NCBI RefSeq assembly: GCF_964355755.1
Contig: NC_092677.1
Coordinates: forward strand, 20,234,101-20,298,100
Length of the DNA stretch: 64,000 bases
Reading direction: 5' to 3'
DNA from: Antedon mediterranea
Taxonomy: Eukaryota > Animalia > Echinodermata
Of this stretch, positions 36,201-51,200 are shown piece by piece. Made by a program: the position numbers and the translations under genes. The notes below the pieces were generated by a model, which saw only the letters and a list, made by a program, of their open reading frames with translations, was not told the DNA's origin and did no database searches. The stretch's first letter is position 1. Each line of letters begins with the position of its first letter.

Positions 36201-39200
36201 TCAAAGTGCACAATTAATATGGTATTTAAAAACGTTTTAGACCATTTTGAACATTTCAACAAAACTTTTTCTCACAAAACATCAAAGTGTACAGAATAGC
36301 TTCAAATCGCATTTGGAGACGTTTTAGACCATTTTGTGCATTTCGATGAAACTTGGTTACACAAAAACATCAAAGTGCTTAAAATCACATTTTGAGCATT
36401 TCGTTAAAACTTTTCACACAAAAACATCAAAGTCCACAAAATAGCTTAATATAGTATTTAAAAACGTTTTAGACCATTTTGTGATTTTCGAAAAAACTTG
36501 TTAACATAAAAACACCAAAGTGCTCAGAATACCTTCAAATCGCATTTTGAGACGTTTTAGACCATTTTGAGCATTTCGTTAAAACTTTTTCACACAAAAC
36601 ATCAAAGTTTACAAAATAGCTTCAAATCGCATTTGGAGACGTTTTAGACCATTTTGTGATTTTCGAAAAAACTTGTTAACATAAAAACACCAAAGTGCTC
36701 AGAATACCTTCAAATCGCATTTTGAGACGTTTTAGACCATTTTGTGATTTTCGAAAAAACTTGTTAACATAAAAACACCAAAGTGCTTAGAAAAGCTTCA
36801 AATCGCATTTGGAGACGTTTTAGACCATTTTGTTCATTTCGATGAAACTTGGTTACACAAAAACATCAAAGAGCACAAAAGAGCTTAATATCGTATTTAA
36901 AAACGTTTTAGACCATTTTGAGCATTTCGAAAAAACTTTTTCACACAAAACATCAAAGTTTACAAAATAGCTTCAAATCGCATTTGGAGACGTTTTAGAC
37001 CATTTTGTGATTTTCGAAAAAACTTGTTAAAATAAAAACACCAAAGTGCTTAGAAAAGCTTCAAATCGCATTTGGAGACGTTTTAGACCATTTTGTTCAT
37101 TTCGATGAAACTTGGTTACACAAAAACATCAAAGAGCACAAAAGAGCTTAATATCGTATTTAAAAACGTTTTAGACCATTTTGAGCATTTCGACAAAACT
37201 TTTTCACACAAAACATCAAAGTTTACAGAATAGCTTTAAATCGCATTTGGAGACGTTTTAGACCATTTTGTAGTTTTCGAAAAAACTTGTTAACATAAAA
37301 ACACAAAAGAGCTTCAAATCGCATTTGGAGAGGTTTTAGACCCTTTTGTGCATTTCGATGAAACTTGGTTACACAAAAACATCAAAGTGCTTAAAATCAC
37401 ATTAGAAACCGTTTTAGACCATTTTGAGCATTTCGACAAAACTTTTTCACACAAAACATCAAAGTGTACAGAATAGCTTCAAATCGCATTTGGAGACGTT
37501 TTAGACCATTTTGTGATTTTCGAAAAAAATTGTTAACATAAAAACACCAAAGTGCTCAGAATACCTTCAAATCGCATTTTGAGACGTTTTAGACCATTTT
37601 GTGATTTTCGAAAAAACTTGTTAACATAAAAACACCAAAGTGCTCAGAATACCTTCAAATCGTATTTTGAGACGTTTTAGACCATTTTGTGATTTTCGAA
37701 AAAACTTGTTAACATAAAAACACCAAAGTGCTTAGAAAAGCTTCAAATCGCATTTGGAGACGTTTTAGACCATTTTGTTCATTTCGATGAAACTTGGTTA
37801 CACAAAAACATCAAAGAGCACAAAAGAGCTTAATATCGTATTTAAAAACGTTTTAGACCATTTTGAGCATTTCGACAAAACTTTTTCACACAAAACATCA
37901 AAGTGTACAGAATAGCTTTAAATCGCATTTGGAGACGTTTTAGACCATTTTGTAGTTTTCGAAAAAACTTGTTAACATAAAAACACAAAAGAGCTTCAAA
38001 TCGCATTTGGAGACGTTTTAGACCCTTTTGTGCATTTCGATGAAACTTGGTTACACAAAAACATCAAAGTGCTTAAAATCACATTAGAAACCGTTTTAGA
38101 CCATTTTGAGCATTTCGTTAAAACTTTTCACACAAAAACATCAAAGTCCACAAAATAGCTTCATATCGTATTTAAAAACGTTTTAGACCATTTTGAGCAT
38201 TTCGAAAAAACTTTTTCACACAAAACATCAAAGTTTACAAAATAGCTTCAAATCGCATTTGGAGACGTTTTAGACCATTTTGTGATTTTCGAAAAAAATT
38301 GTTAACATAAAAACACCAAAGTGCTCAGAATACCTTCAAATCGCATTTTGAGACGTTTTAGACCATTTTGTGATTTTCGAAAAAACTTGTTAACATAAAA
38401 ACACCAAAGTGCTTAGAAAAGCTTCAAATCGCATTTGGAGACGTTTTATACCATTTTGTTCATTTCGATGAAACTTGGTTACACAAAAACATCAAAGAGC
38501 ACAAAAGAGCTTAATATCGTATTTAAAAACGTTTTAGACCATTTTGAGCATTTCAACAAAACTTTTTCACACAAAACATCAAAGTGTACAGAATAGCTTT
38601 AAATCGCATTTGGAGACGTTTTAGACCATTTTGTAGTTTTCGAAAAAACTTGTTAACATAAAAACACAAAAGAGCTTCAAATCGCATTTGGAGACGTTTT
38701 AGACCCTTTTGTGCATTTCGATGAAACTTGGTTACACAAAAACATCAAAGTGCTTAAAATCACATTAGAAACCGTTTTAGACCATTTTGAGCATTTCGTT
38801 AAAACTTTTCACACAAAAACATCAAAGTCCACAAAATAGCTTCATATCGTATTTAAAAAGGTTTTAGACCATTTTGAGCATTTCGAAAAAACTTTTTCAC
38901 ACAAAACATCAAAGTTTACAAAATAGCTTCAAATCGCATTTGGAGACGTTTTAGACCATTTTGTGATTTTCGAAAAAAATTGTTAACATAAAAACACCAA
39001 AGTGCTCAGAATACCTTCAAATCGCATTTTGAGACGTTTTAGACCATTTTGTGATTTTCGAAAAAACTTGTTAACATAAAAACACCAAAGTGCTTAGAAA
39101 AGCTTCAAATCGCATTTGGAGACGTTTTATACCATTTTGTTCATTTCGATGAAACTTGGTTACACAAAAACATCAAAGTGCTTAAAATCACATTTTGAGC

Positions 39201-42200
39201 ATTTCGTTAAAACTTTTCACACAAAAACATCAAAGAGTAAAAAATAGCTTAATATCGTATTTAAAAACGTTTTAGACCATTTTGAGCGTTTCGAAAAAAC
39301 TTTTTCACACAAAACATCAAAGTGTACAAAATAGCTTCAAATCGCATTTGGAGACGTTTTAGACAATTTTGTGATTTTCGAAAAAACTTGTTTACATAAA
39401 AACACCAAAGTGCTAAGAATAGCTTCCAATCGCATTTGGAGACGTTTTAGACCCTTTTGTGCATTTCGATGAAACTTGGTTACACAAAAACATCAAAGTG
39501 CTTAAAATCACATTAGAAACCGTTTTAGACCATTTTGAGCATTTCGTTAAAATTTTTCACAGAAAAACATCAAAGAGCAAAAAATAGCTTAATATCGTAT
39601 TTAAAAACGTTTTAGACCATTTTGAGCATTTCGACAAAACTTTTTCACACAAAACATCAAAGTGTACAGAATAGCTTCAAATCGCATTTGGAGACGTTTT
39701 AGACCATTTTGTGCATTTCGATGAAACTTGGTTACACAAAAACATCAAAGTGCTTAAAATCACATTTTTGAGCATTTCGTTAAAACTTTTCACACAAAAA
39801 CATCAAAGTCCACAAAATAGCTTAATATAGTATTTAAAAACGTTTTAGACCATTTTGAGTGTTTTGAAAAAACTTTTTCACACAAAACATCAAAGTTTAC
39901 AAAATAGCTTCAAATCGCATTTGGAGACGTTTTAGACCATTTTGTGATTTTCGAAAAAACTTGTTAACATAAAAACACCAAAGTGCTCAGAATACCTTCA
40001 AATCGCATTTTGAGACGTTTTAGACCATTTTGTGATTTTCGAAAAAACTTGTTAACATAAAAACACCAAAGTGCTTAGAAAAGCTTCAAATCGCATTTGG
40101 AGACGTTTTAGACCATTTTGAGCATTTCGATAAAATTTTACACACAAAAACATCAAAGATTTCGATGAAACTTGGTTACACAAAAACATCAAAGAGCACA
40201 AAAGAGCTTAATATCGTATTTAAAAACGTTTGAGACCATTTTGAGCATTTCGACAAAACTTTTTCACACAAAACATCAAAGTGTACAGAATAGCTTTAAA
40301 TCGCATTTGGAGACGTTTTAGACCATTTTGTAGTTTTCGAAAAAACTTGTTAACATAAAAACACAAAAGAGCTAAGAATAGCTTCAAATCGCATTTGTAG
40401 ACGTTTTAGACCCTTTTGTGCATTTCGATGAAACTTGGTTACACAAAAACATCAAAGTGCTTAAAATCACATTAGAAACCGTTTTAGACCATTTTGAGCA
40501 TTTCGAAAAAACTTTTTCACACAAAACATCAAAGTTTACAAAATAGCTTCAAATCACATTTGGAGACGTTCTAGACCATTTTGTGATTTTCAAAAAAACT
40601 TGTTAACATAAAAACACCAAAGTGCTCAGAATACCTTCAAATCGCATTTTGAGACGTTTTAGACCATTTTGTGATTTTCGAAAAAACTTGTTAACATAAA
40701 AACACCAAAGTGCTTAGAAAAGCTTCAAATCGCATTTGGAGACGTTTTAGACAATTTGTTCATTTCGATGAAACTTGGTTACACAAAAACATCAAAGAGC
40801 ACAAGAGAGCTTAATATCGTATTTAAAAACGTTTTAGACCATTTTGAGCATTTCGACAAAACTTTTTCACACAAAACATCAAAGTGTACAGAATAGCTTT
40901 AAATCGCATTTGGAGACGTTTTAGACCTTTTTGTAGTTTTCGAAAAAACTTGTTAACATAAAAACACAAAAGAGCTAAGAATAGCTTCAAATCGCATTTG
41001 GAGACGTTTTAGACCCTTTTGTGCATTTCGATGAAACTTGGTTACACAAAAACATCAAAGTGCTTAAAATCACATTAGAAACCGTTTTAGACCATTTTGA
41101 GCATTTCGTTAAAACTTTTCACACAAAAACATCAAAGTCCACGAAATAGCTTAATATCGTAATTAAAAACGTTTTAGACCATTTTGAGCATTTCGAAAAA
41201 ACTTTTTCACACAAAACATCAAAGTTTACAAAATAGCTTCAAATCGCATTTGGAGACGTTTTAGACCATTTTGTGATTTTCGAAAAAACTTGTTAACATA
41301 AAAACACCAAAGTGCTCAGAATACCTTCAAATCGCATTTTGAGACGTTTTAGACCATTTTGTGATTTTCGAAAAAACTTGTTATTAACATAAAAACACCA
41401 AAGTGCTTAGAAAAGCTTCAAATCGCATTTGGAGACGTTTTAGACCATTTTGTGCATTTCGATGAAACTTGGTTACACAAAAACATCAAAGTGCTTAAAA
41501 TCACATTTAGACCATTTCGTTAAAACTTTTCACACAAAAACATCAAAGAGTAAAAAATAGCTTAATATCGTATTTAAAAACGTTTTAGACCATTTTGAGC
41601 AATTCGACAAAACTTTTTCTCACAAAACATCAAAGTGTACAGAATAGCTTCAAATCGCATTTGGAGACGTTTTAGACCATTTTGTAGTTTTCGAAAAAAC
41701 TTGTTAACATAAAAACACAAAAGAGCTTCAAATCGCATTTGGAGACGTTTTAGACCCTTTTGTGAATTTCGATGAAACTTGGTTACACAAAAACATCAAA
41801 GTGCTTAAAATCACATTAGAAACCGTTTTAGACCATTTTGAGCATTTCGTTAAAACTTTTCACACAAAAACATCAAAGTCCACAAAATAGCTTCATATCG
41901 TATTTAAAAACGTTTTAGACCATTTTGAGCATTTCGAAAAAACTTTTTCACACAAAACATCAAAGTTTACAAAATAGCTTCAAATCGCATTTGGAGACGT
42001 TTTAGACCATTTTGTGATTTTCGAAAAAAATTGTTAACATAAAAACACCAAAGTGTTCAGAATACCTTCAAATCGTATTTTGAGACGTTTTAGACCATTT
42101 TCTGATTTTCGAAAAAACTTGTTAACATAAAAACACCAAAGTGCTTAGAAAAGCTTCAAATCGCATTTGGAGACGTTTTAGACCATTTTGTTCATTTCGA

Positions 42201-45200
42201 TGAAACTTGGTTACACAAAAACATCAAAGAGCACAAAAGAGCTTAATATCGTATTCAAAAACGTTTTAGACCATTTTGAGCATTTCGACAAAACTTTTTC
42301 ACACAAAACATCAAAGTGTACAGAATAGCTTTAAATCGCATTTGGATACGTTTTAGACCATTTTGTAGTTTTCGAAAAAACTTGTTAACATAAAAACACA
42401 AAAGAGCTAAGAATAGCTTCAAATCGCATTTGGAGACGTTTTAGACCCTTTTGTGCATTTCGATGAAAATTGGTAACACAAAAACATCAAAGTGCTTAAA
42501 ATCACATTAGAAACCGTTTTAGACCATTTTGAGCATTTCGTTAAAACTTTTCACACAAAAACATCAAAGTCCACAAAATAGCTGAATATTGTATTTAAAA
42601 ACGTTTTAGACCATTTTGAGCATTTCGAAAAAACTTTTTCACACAAAACATCAAAGTTTACAAAATAGCTTCAAATCGCATTTGGAGACGTTTTAGACCA
42701 TTTTGTGATTTTCGAAATAACTTGTTAACATAAAAACACCAAAGTGCTCAGAATACCTTCACATCGCATTTTTAGACCATTTTGCGCATTTCGATGAAAC
42801 TTGGTTACACAAAAACATCAAAGTGCTTAAAATCACATTTTGACCATTTCGTTAAAACTTTTCACACAAAAACATCAAAGAGTAAAAAATAGCTTAATAT
42901 CGTATTTAAAAACGTTTTAGACCATTTTGAGCAATTCGACAAAACTTTTTCTCACAAAACATCAAAGTGTACAGAATAGCTTCAAATCGCATTTGGAGAC
43001 GTTTTAGACCATTTTGTAGTTTTCGAAAAAACTTGTTAACATAAAAACACAAAAGAGCTTCAAATCGCATTTGGAGACGTTTTAGACCCTTTTGTGCATT
43101 TCGATGAAACTTGGTTACACAAAAACATCAAAGTGCTTAAAATCACATTAGAAACCGTTTTAGACCATTTTGAGCATTTCGTTAAAACTTTTTCAAACAA
43201 AACATCAAAGTTTACAAAATAGCTTCAAATCGCATTTGGAGACGTTTTAGACCATTTTGTGATTTTCGAAAAAAATTGTTAACATAAAAACACCAAAGTG
43301 CTCAGAATACCTTCAAATCGCATTTTGAGACGTTATAGACCATTTTGTTCATTTCGATGAAACTTGGTTACACAAAAACATCAAAGTGCTTAAAATCACA
43401 TTTTGAGCATTTCGTTAAAACTTTTCACACAAAAACATCAAAGAGTAAAAAATAGCTTAATATCGTATTTAAAAACGTTTTAGACCATTTTGAGCATTTC
43501 GACAAAACTTTTTCACACAAAACATCAAAGTGTACAGAATAGCTTCAAATCGCATTTGGAGACGTTTTAGACCATTTTGTGCATTTCGATAAAACTTTTT
43601 CACACAAAACATCAAAGTGTACAGAATAGCTTTAAATCGCATTTGGAGACGTTTTAGACCATTTTGTAGTTTTCGAAAAAACTTGTTAACATAAAAACAC
43701 AAAAGAGCTTCAAATCGCATTTGGAGACGTTTTAGACCCTTTTGTGCATTTCGATGAAACTTGGTTACACAAAAACATCAAAGTGCTTAAAATCACATTT
43801 TTGAGCATTTCGTTAAAACTTTTCACACAAAAACATCAAAGTCCACAAAATAGCTTAATATAGTATTTAAAAACGTTTTAGACCATTTTGAGTGTTTTGA
43901 AAAAACTTTTTCACACAAAACATCAAAGTTTACAAAATAGCTTCAAATCGCATTTGGAGACGTTTTAGACCATTTTGTGATTTTCGAAAAAACTTGTTAA
44001 CATAAAAACACCAAAGTGCTCAGAATACCTTCAAATCGCATTTTGAGACGTTTTAGACCATTTTGTGATTTTCGAAAAAACTTGTTAACATAAAAACACC
44101 AAAGTGCTTAGAAAAGCTTCAAATCGCATTTGGAGACGTTTTAGACCATTTTGTTCATTTCGATGAAACTTGGTTACACAAAAACATCAAAGAGCACAAA
44201 AGAGCTTAATATCGTATTTAAAAACGTTTTAGACCATTTTGAGCATTTCGAAAAAACTTTTTCTCACAAAACATCAAAGTGTACAGAATAGCTTCAAATC
44301 GCATTTGGAGACGTTTTAGACCATTTTGTAGTTTTCGAAAAAACTTGTTAACATAAAAACACAAAAGAGCTTCAAATCGCATTTGGAGACGTTTTAGACC
44401 CTTTTGTGCATTTCGATTAAACTTGGTTACACAAAAACATCAAAGTGCTTAAAATCACATTAGAAACCGTTTTAGACCATTTTGAGCATTTCGTTAAAAC
44501 TTTTTCAAACAAAACATCAAAGTTTACAAAATAGCTTCAAATCGCATTTGAAGACGTTTTAGACCATTTTGTGATTTTCGAAAAAAATTGTTAACATAAA
44601 AACACCAAAGTGCTCAGAATACCTTCAAATCGCATTTTGAGACGTTATAGACCATTTTGTTCATTTCGATGAAACTTGGTTACACAAAAACATCAAAGTG
44701 CTTAAAATCACATTTTGAGCATTTCGTTAAAACTTTTCACACAAAAACATCAAAGAGTAAAAAATAGCTTAATATCGTATTTAAAAACGTTTTAGACCAT
44801 TTTGAGCATTTCGACAAAACTTTTTCTCACAAAACATCAAAGTCTACAGAATAGCTTCAAATCGCATTTGGAGACGTTTTAGACCATTTTGTGCATTTCG
44901 ATAAAACTTTTTCACACAAAACATCAAAGTGTACAGAATAGCTTTAAATCGCATTTGGAGACGTTTTAGACCATTTTGTGATTTTCGAAAAAACTTGTTA
45001 ACATAAAAACACCAAAGTGCTTAGAAAAGTTTCAAATCGCATTTGGAGACGTTTTAGACCATTTTGTTCATTTCGATGAAACTTGGTTACACAAAAACAT
45101 CAAATTGCACAAAATGGCTTAATATGGTATGGGAAAACGTTTTAGACCATTTTGAACGTTTCGAGAAAACTTTTTCACACAAAACTTCAAAGTGTACAGA

Positions 45201-48200
45201 ATAGCTTCAAATCGCATTAGAAACCGTTTTAGACCATTTTGAGCATTTCGAAAAAACTTGGTTACACAAAAACATCAAAGTGCTTAAAATCACATTTTGA
45301 GCATTTCGTTAAAACTTTTCACACAAAAACATCAAAGAGTAAAAAATAGCTTAATATCGTATTTAAAAACGTTTTAGACCATTTTGAGCATTTCGAAAAA
45401 CTTTTTCTCACAAAACATCAAAGTCTACAGAATAGCTTCAAATCGCATTTGGAGACGTTTTAGACCATTTTGTGCATTTCGATAAAACTTTTTCACACAA
45501 AACATCAAAGTGTACAGAATAGCTTTAAATCGCATTTGGAGACGTTTTAGACCATTTTGTGATTTTCGAAAAAACTTGTTAACATAAAAACACCAAAGTG
45601 CTTAGAAAAGTTTCAAATGGCATTTGGAGACGTTTTAGACCATTTTGTTCATTTCGATGAAACTTGGTTACACAAAAACATCAAATTGCACAAAATGGCT
45701 TAATATGGTATGGGAAAACGTTTTAGACCATTTTGAACGTTTCGAGAAAACTTTTTCACACAAAACTTCAAAGTGTACAGAATAGCTTCAAATCGCATTA
45801 GAAACCGTTTTAGACCATTTTGAGCATTTCGAAAAAACTTTTTCACACAAAACATCAAAGTTTACAAAATAGCTTCAAATCGCATTTGGAGACGTTTTAG
45901 ACCATTTTGTGATTTTCGAAAAAACTTGTTAACATAAAAACACCAAAGTGCTTAGAAAAGCTTCAAATCGCATTTGGAGACGTTTTAGACCATTTTCTTC
46001 ATTTCGATGAAACTTGGTTACACAAAAACATCAAAGAGCACAAAAGAGCTTAATATCGTATTTAAAAACGTTTTAGACCATTTTGAGCATTTCGACAAAA
46101 CTTTTTCACACAAAACATCAAAGTGTACAGAATAGCTTTAAATCGCATTTGGAGACGTTTTAGACCATTTTGTAGTTTTCGAAAAAACTTGTTAACATAA
46201 AAACACAAAAGAGCTTCAAATCGCATTTGGAGACGTGTTAGACCCTTTTGTGCATTTCGATGAAACTTGGTTACACAAAAACATCAAAGTGCTTAAAATC
46301 ACATTAGAAACCGTTTTAGACCATTTTGAGCATTTCGTTAAAACTTTTCACACAAAAACATCAAAGTCCACAAAATAGCTTAATATCGTATTTAAAAACG
46401 TTTTAGACCATTTTGAGCATTTCGAAAAAACTTTTTCACACAAAACATCAAAGTTTACAAAATAGCTTCAAATCGCATTTGAAGACGTTTTAGACCATTT
46501 TGTGATTTTCGAAAAAACTTGTTAACATAAAAACACCAAATTGCTCAGAATACCTTCAAATCGCATTTTGAGACGTTTTAGACCATTTTGTGATTTTCGA
46601 AAAAACTTGTTAACATAAAAACACCAAAGTGCTCAGAATACCTTCAAATCGTATTTTGAGACGTTTTAGACCATTTTGTGATTTTCGAAAAAACTTGTTA
46701 ACATAAAAACACCAAAGTGCTTAGAAAAGCTTCAAATCGCATTTGGAAACGTTTTAGACCATTTTGTTCATTTCGATGAAACTTGGTTACACAAAAACAT
46801 CAAAGAGCACAAAAGAGCTTAATATCGTATTTAAAAACGTTTTAGACCATTTTGAGCATTTCGACAAAACTTTTTCACACAAAACATCAAAGTGTACAGA
46901 ATAGCTTTAAATCGCATTTGGAGACGTTTTAGACCATTTTGTAGTTTTCGAAAAAACTTGTTAACATAAAAACACAAAAGAGCTTCAAATCGCATTTGGA
47001 GACGTTTTAGACCCTTTTGTGCATTTCGATGAAACTTGGTTACACAAAAACATCAAAGTGCTTAAAATCACATTAGAAACCGTTTTAGACCATTTTGAGG
47101 ATTTCGTTAAAACTTTTCACACAAAAACATCAAAGTCCACAAAATAGCTTAATATCGTATTTAAAAACGTTTTAGACCATTTTGAGCATTTCGACAAAAC
47201 TTTTTCAAACAAAACATCAAAGTTTTAAATCGCATTTGTAGACGTTTTAGACCATTTTGTGATTTTCGAAAAAACATGTTAAAATAAAAACACCAAAGTG
47301 CTCAGAATACCTTCAAATCGCATTTTGAGACGTTTTAGACCATTTTGTGATTTTCGAAAAAACTTGTTAACATTAAAACACCAAAGTGCTTAGAAAGCTT
47401 CAAATCGCATTTGGAGACGTTTTAGACCATTTTGTGCATTTCGAAAAACTTTTTCTCACAAAACATCAAACTGTACAGAATAGCTTCAAATCGCATTTGG
47501 AGACGTTTTAGACCATTTTGTGCATTTCGATGAAACTTGGTTACACAAAAACATCAAAGTGCTTAAAATCACATTTTGAGCATTTCGTTAAAACTTTTCA
47601 CACAAAAACATCAAAGAGCAAAAAATAGCTTAATATCGTATTTAAAAACGTTTTAGACCATTTTGAGCATTTCGACAAAACTTTTTCACACAAAACATCA
47701 AAGTGTACAGAATAGCTTTAAATCGCATTTGGAGACGTTTTAGACCATTTTGTGATTTTCGTAAAAACTTGTTAACATAAAAACACAAAAGAGCTTCAAA
47801 TCGCATTTGGAGACGTTTTAGACCCTTTTGTGCATTTCGATGAAACTTGGTTACACAAAAACATCAAAGTGCTTAAAATCACATTAGAAACCGTTTTAGA
47901 CCATTTTGAGCATTTCGTTAAAACTTTTCACACAAAAACATCAAAGTCCACAAAATAGCTTAATATCGTATTTAAAAACGTTTTAGACCATTTTGAGCAT
48001 TTCGAAAAAACTTTTTCACACAAAACATCAAAGTTTACAAAATAGCTTCAAATCGCATTTGGAGACGTTTTAGACCATTTTGTGATTTTCGAAAAAACTT
48101 GTTAACATAAAAACACCAAAGTGCTCAGAATACCTTCAAATCGCATTTTGAGACGTTTTAGACCATTTTGTGATTTTCGAAAAAACTTGTTAACATAAAA

Positions 48201-51200
48201 ACACCAAAGTGCTCAGAATACCTTCAAATCGTATTTTGAGACGTTTTAGACAATTTTGTGATTTTCGAAAAAACTTGTTAACATAAAAACACCAAAGTGC
48301 TTAGAAAAGCTTCAAATCGCATTTGGAGACGTTTTAGACAATTTTGTTCATTTCGATGAAACTTGGTTACACAAAAACATCAAAGAGCACAAAAGAGCTT
48401 AATATCGTATTTAAAAACGTTTTAGACCATTTTGAGCATTTCGAAAAAACTTTTTCACACAAAACATCAAAGTTTACAAAATAGCTTCAAATCGCATTTG
48501 GAGACGTTTTAGACCATTTTGTGATTTTCGAAAAAACTTGTTAACATAAAAACACCAAAGTGCTCAGAATACCTTCAAATCGTATTTTGAGACGTTTTAG
48601 ACCATTTTGTGATTTTCAAAAAAACTTGTTAACATAAAAACACCAAAGTGCTTAGAAAAGCTTCAAATCGCATTTGGAGACGTTTTAGACCATTTTGTTC
48701 ATTTCGATGAAACTTGGTTACACAAAAACATCAAAGAGCACAAAAGAGCTTAATATCGTATTTAAAAACGTTTTAGACCATTTTGAGCATTTCGACAAAA
48801 CTTTTTCAAACAAAACATCAAAGTGTACAGAATAGCTTTAAATCGCATTTGGAGACGTTTTAGACCATTTTGTAGTTTTCGAAAAAACTTGTTAACATAA
48901 AAACACAAAAGAGCTTCAAATCGCATTTGGAGACGCTTTAGACCCTTTTGTGCATTTCGATGAAACTTGGTTACACAAAAACATCAAAGTGCTTAAAATC
49001 ACATTAGAAACCGTTTTAGACCATTTTGAGCATTTCGTTAAAACTTTTCACACAAAAACATCAAAGTCCACAGAATAGCTTAATATCGTATTTAAAAACG
49101 TTTTAGACCATTTTGAGCATTTCGAAAAACTTTTTCACACAAAACATCAAAGTTTACAAAATAGCTTCAAATCGCATTTGGAGACGTTTTAGACCATTTT
49201 GTGATTTTCGAAAAAACTTGTTAACATAAAAACACCAAAGTGCTCAGAATACCTTCATATCGTATTTTGAGACGTTTTAGACCATTTTGTGATTTTCGAA
49301 AAAACTTGTTAACATTAAAACACCAAAGTGCTTAGAAAAGCTTCAAATCGCATTTGGAGACGTTTTAGACCATTTTGTTCATTTCGATGAAACTTGGTTA
49401 CACAAAAACATCAAAGAGCACAAAAGATCTTAATATCGTATTTAAAAACGTTTTAGACCATTTTGAGCATTTCGAAAAAACTTTTTCACACAAAACATCA
49501 AAGTTTACAAAATAGCTTCAAATCGCATTTGGAGACGTTTTAGACAATTTTGTGATTTTTGAAAAAACTTGTTTACATAAAAACACCAAAGTGCTTAGAA
49601 AAGCTTCAAATCGCATTTGGAGACGTTTTTAGACCATTTTGTTCATTTCGATGAAACTTGGTTACACAAAAACATCAAAGAGCACAAAAGAGCTTAATAT
49701 CGTATTTAAAAACGTTTTAGACCATTTTTAGCATTCCGACAAAACTTTTTCACACCAAACATCAAAGTGTTCAGAATAGCTTTAAATCGCATTTGGAGAC
49801 GTTTTAGACCATTTTGTAGTTTTCGAAAAAACTTGTTAACATAAAAACACAAAAGAGCTTCAAATCGCATTTGGAGACGTTTTAGACCCTTTTGTGCATT
49901 TCGATGAAACTTGGTTACACAAAAACATCAAAGTGCTTAAAATCACATTAGAAACCGTTTTAGACCATTTTGAGCATTTCGTTAAAACTTTTCACACAAA
50001 AACATCAAAGTCCACAAAATAGCTTAATATCGTATATAAAAACGTTTTAGACCATTTTGAGCATTTCGAAAAAACTTTTTCACACAAAACATCAAAGTTT
50101 ACAAAATAGCTTCAAATCGCATTTGGAGACGTTTTAGACCATTTTGAGCATTTCGATAAAATTTTACACACAAAAACATCAAAGAGCACAAAAGAGCTTA
50201 ATATCGTATTTAAAAACGTTTGAGACCATTTTGAGCATTTCGACAAAACTTTTTCACACAAAACATCAAAGTGTACAGAATAGCTTTAAATCGCATTTGG
50301 AGACGTTTTAGACCATTTTGTAGTTTTCGAAAAAACTTGTTTACATAAAAACACCAAAGTGCTAAGAATAGCTTCCAATCGCATTTGGAGACGTTTTAGA
50401 CCCTTTTGTGCATTTCGATGAAACTTGGTTACACAAAAACATCAAAGAGCACAAAAGAGCTTAATATCGTATTTAAAAACGTTTTAGACCATTTTGAGCA
50501 TTTCGAAAAAACTTTTTCACACAAAACATCAAAGTTTACAAAATAGCTTCAAATCGCATTTGGAGACGTTTTAGACCATTTTGTGATTTTCGAAAAAACT
50601 TGTTAACATAAAAACACCAAAGTGCTTAGAAAAGCTTCAAATCGCATTTGGAGACGTTTTAGACCATTTTGTTCATTTCGATGAAACTTGGTTACACAAA
50701 AACATCAAAGTGCTTAAAATCACATTTTGAGCATTTCGTTAAAACTTTTCACACAAAAACATCAAAGAGTAAAAAATAGCTTAATATCGTATTTAAAAAC
50801 GTTTTAGACCATTTTGAGCATTTCGACAAAACTTTTTCTCACAAAACATCAAAGTGTACAGAATAGCTTCAAATCGCATTTGGAGACGTTTTAGACCATT
50901 TTGTGCATTTCGAGAAAACTTTTTCACACAAAACATCAAAGTGTACAGAATAGCTTTAAATCGCATTTGGAGACGTTTTAGACCATTTTGTTCATTTCGA
51001 TGAAACTTGGTTACACAAAAACATCAAAGAGCACAAAAGATCTTAATATCGTATTTAAAAACGTTTTAGACCATTTTGAGCATTTCGAAAAAACTTTTTC
51101 ACACAAAACATCAAAGTGTACAAAATAGCTTCAAATCGCATTTGGAGACGTTTTAGACAATTTTGTGATTTTCGAAAAAACTTGTTTACATAAAAACACC

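Noticed and set aside
43469-43720. ORF with 29-aa repeats (also ORFs at 2350, 35398, 52938)
   Set aside because: 87-bp monomer read in frame; neighbouring monomers carry stops and frameshifts.
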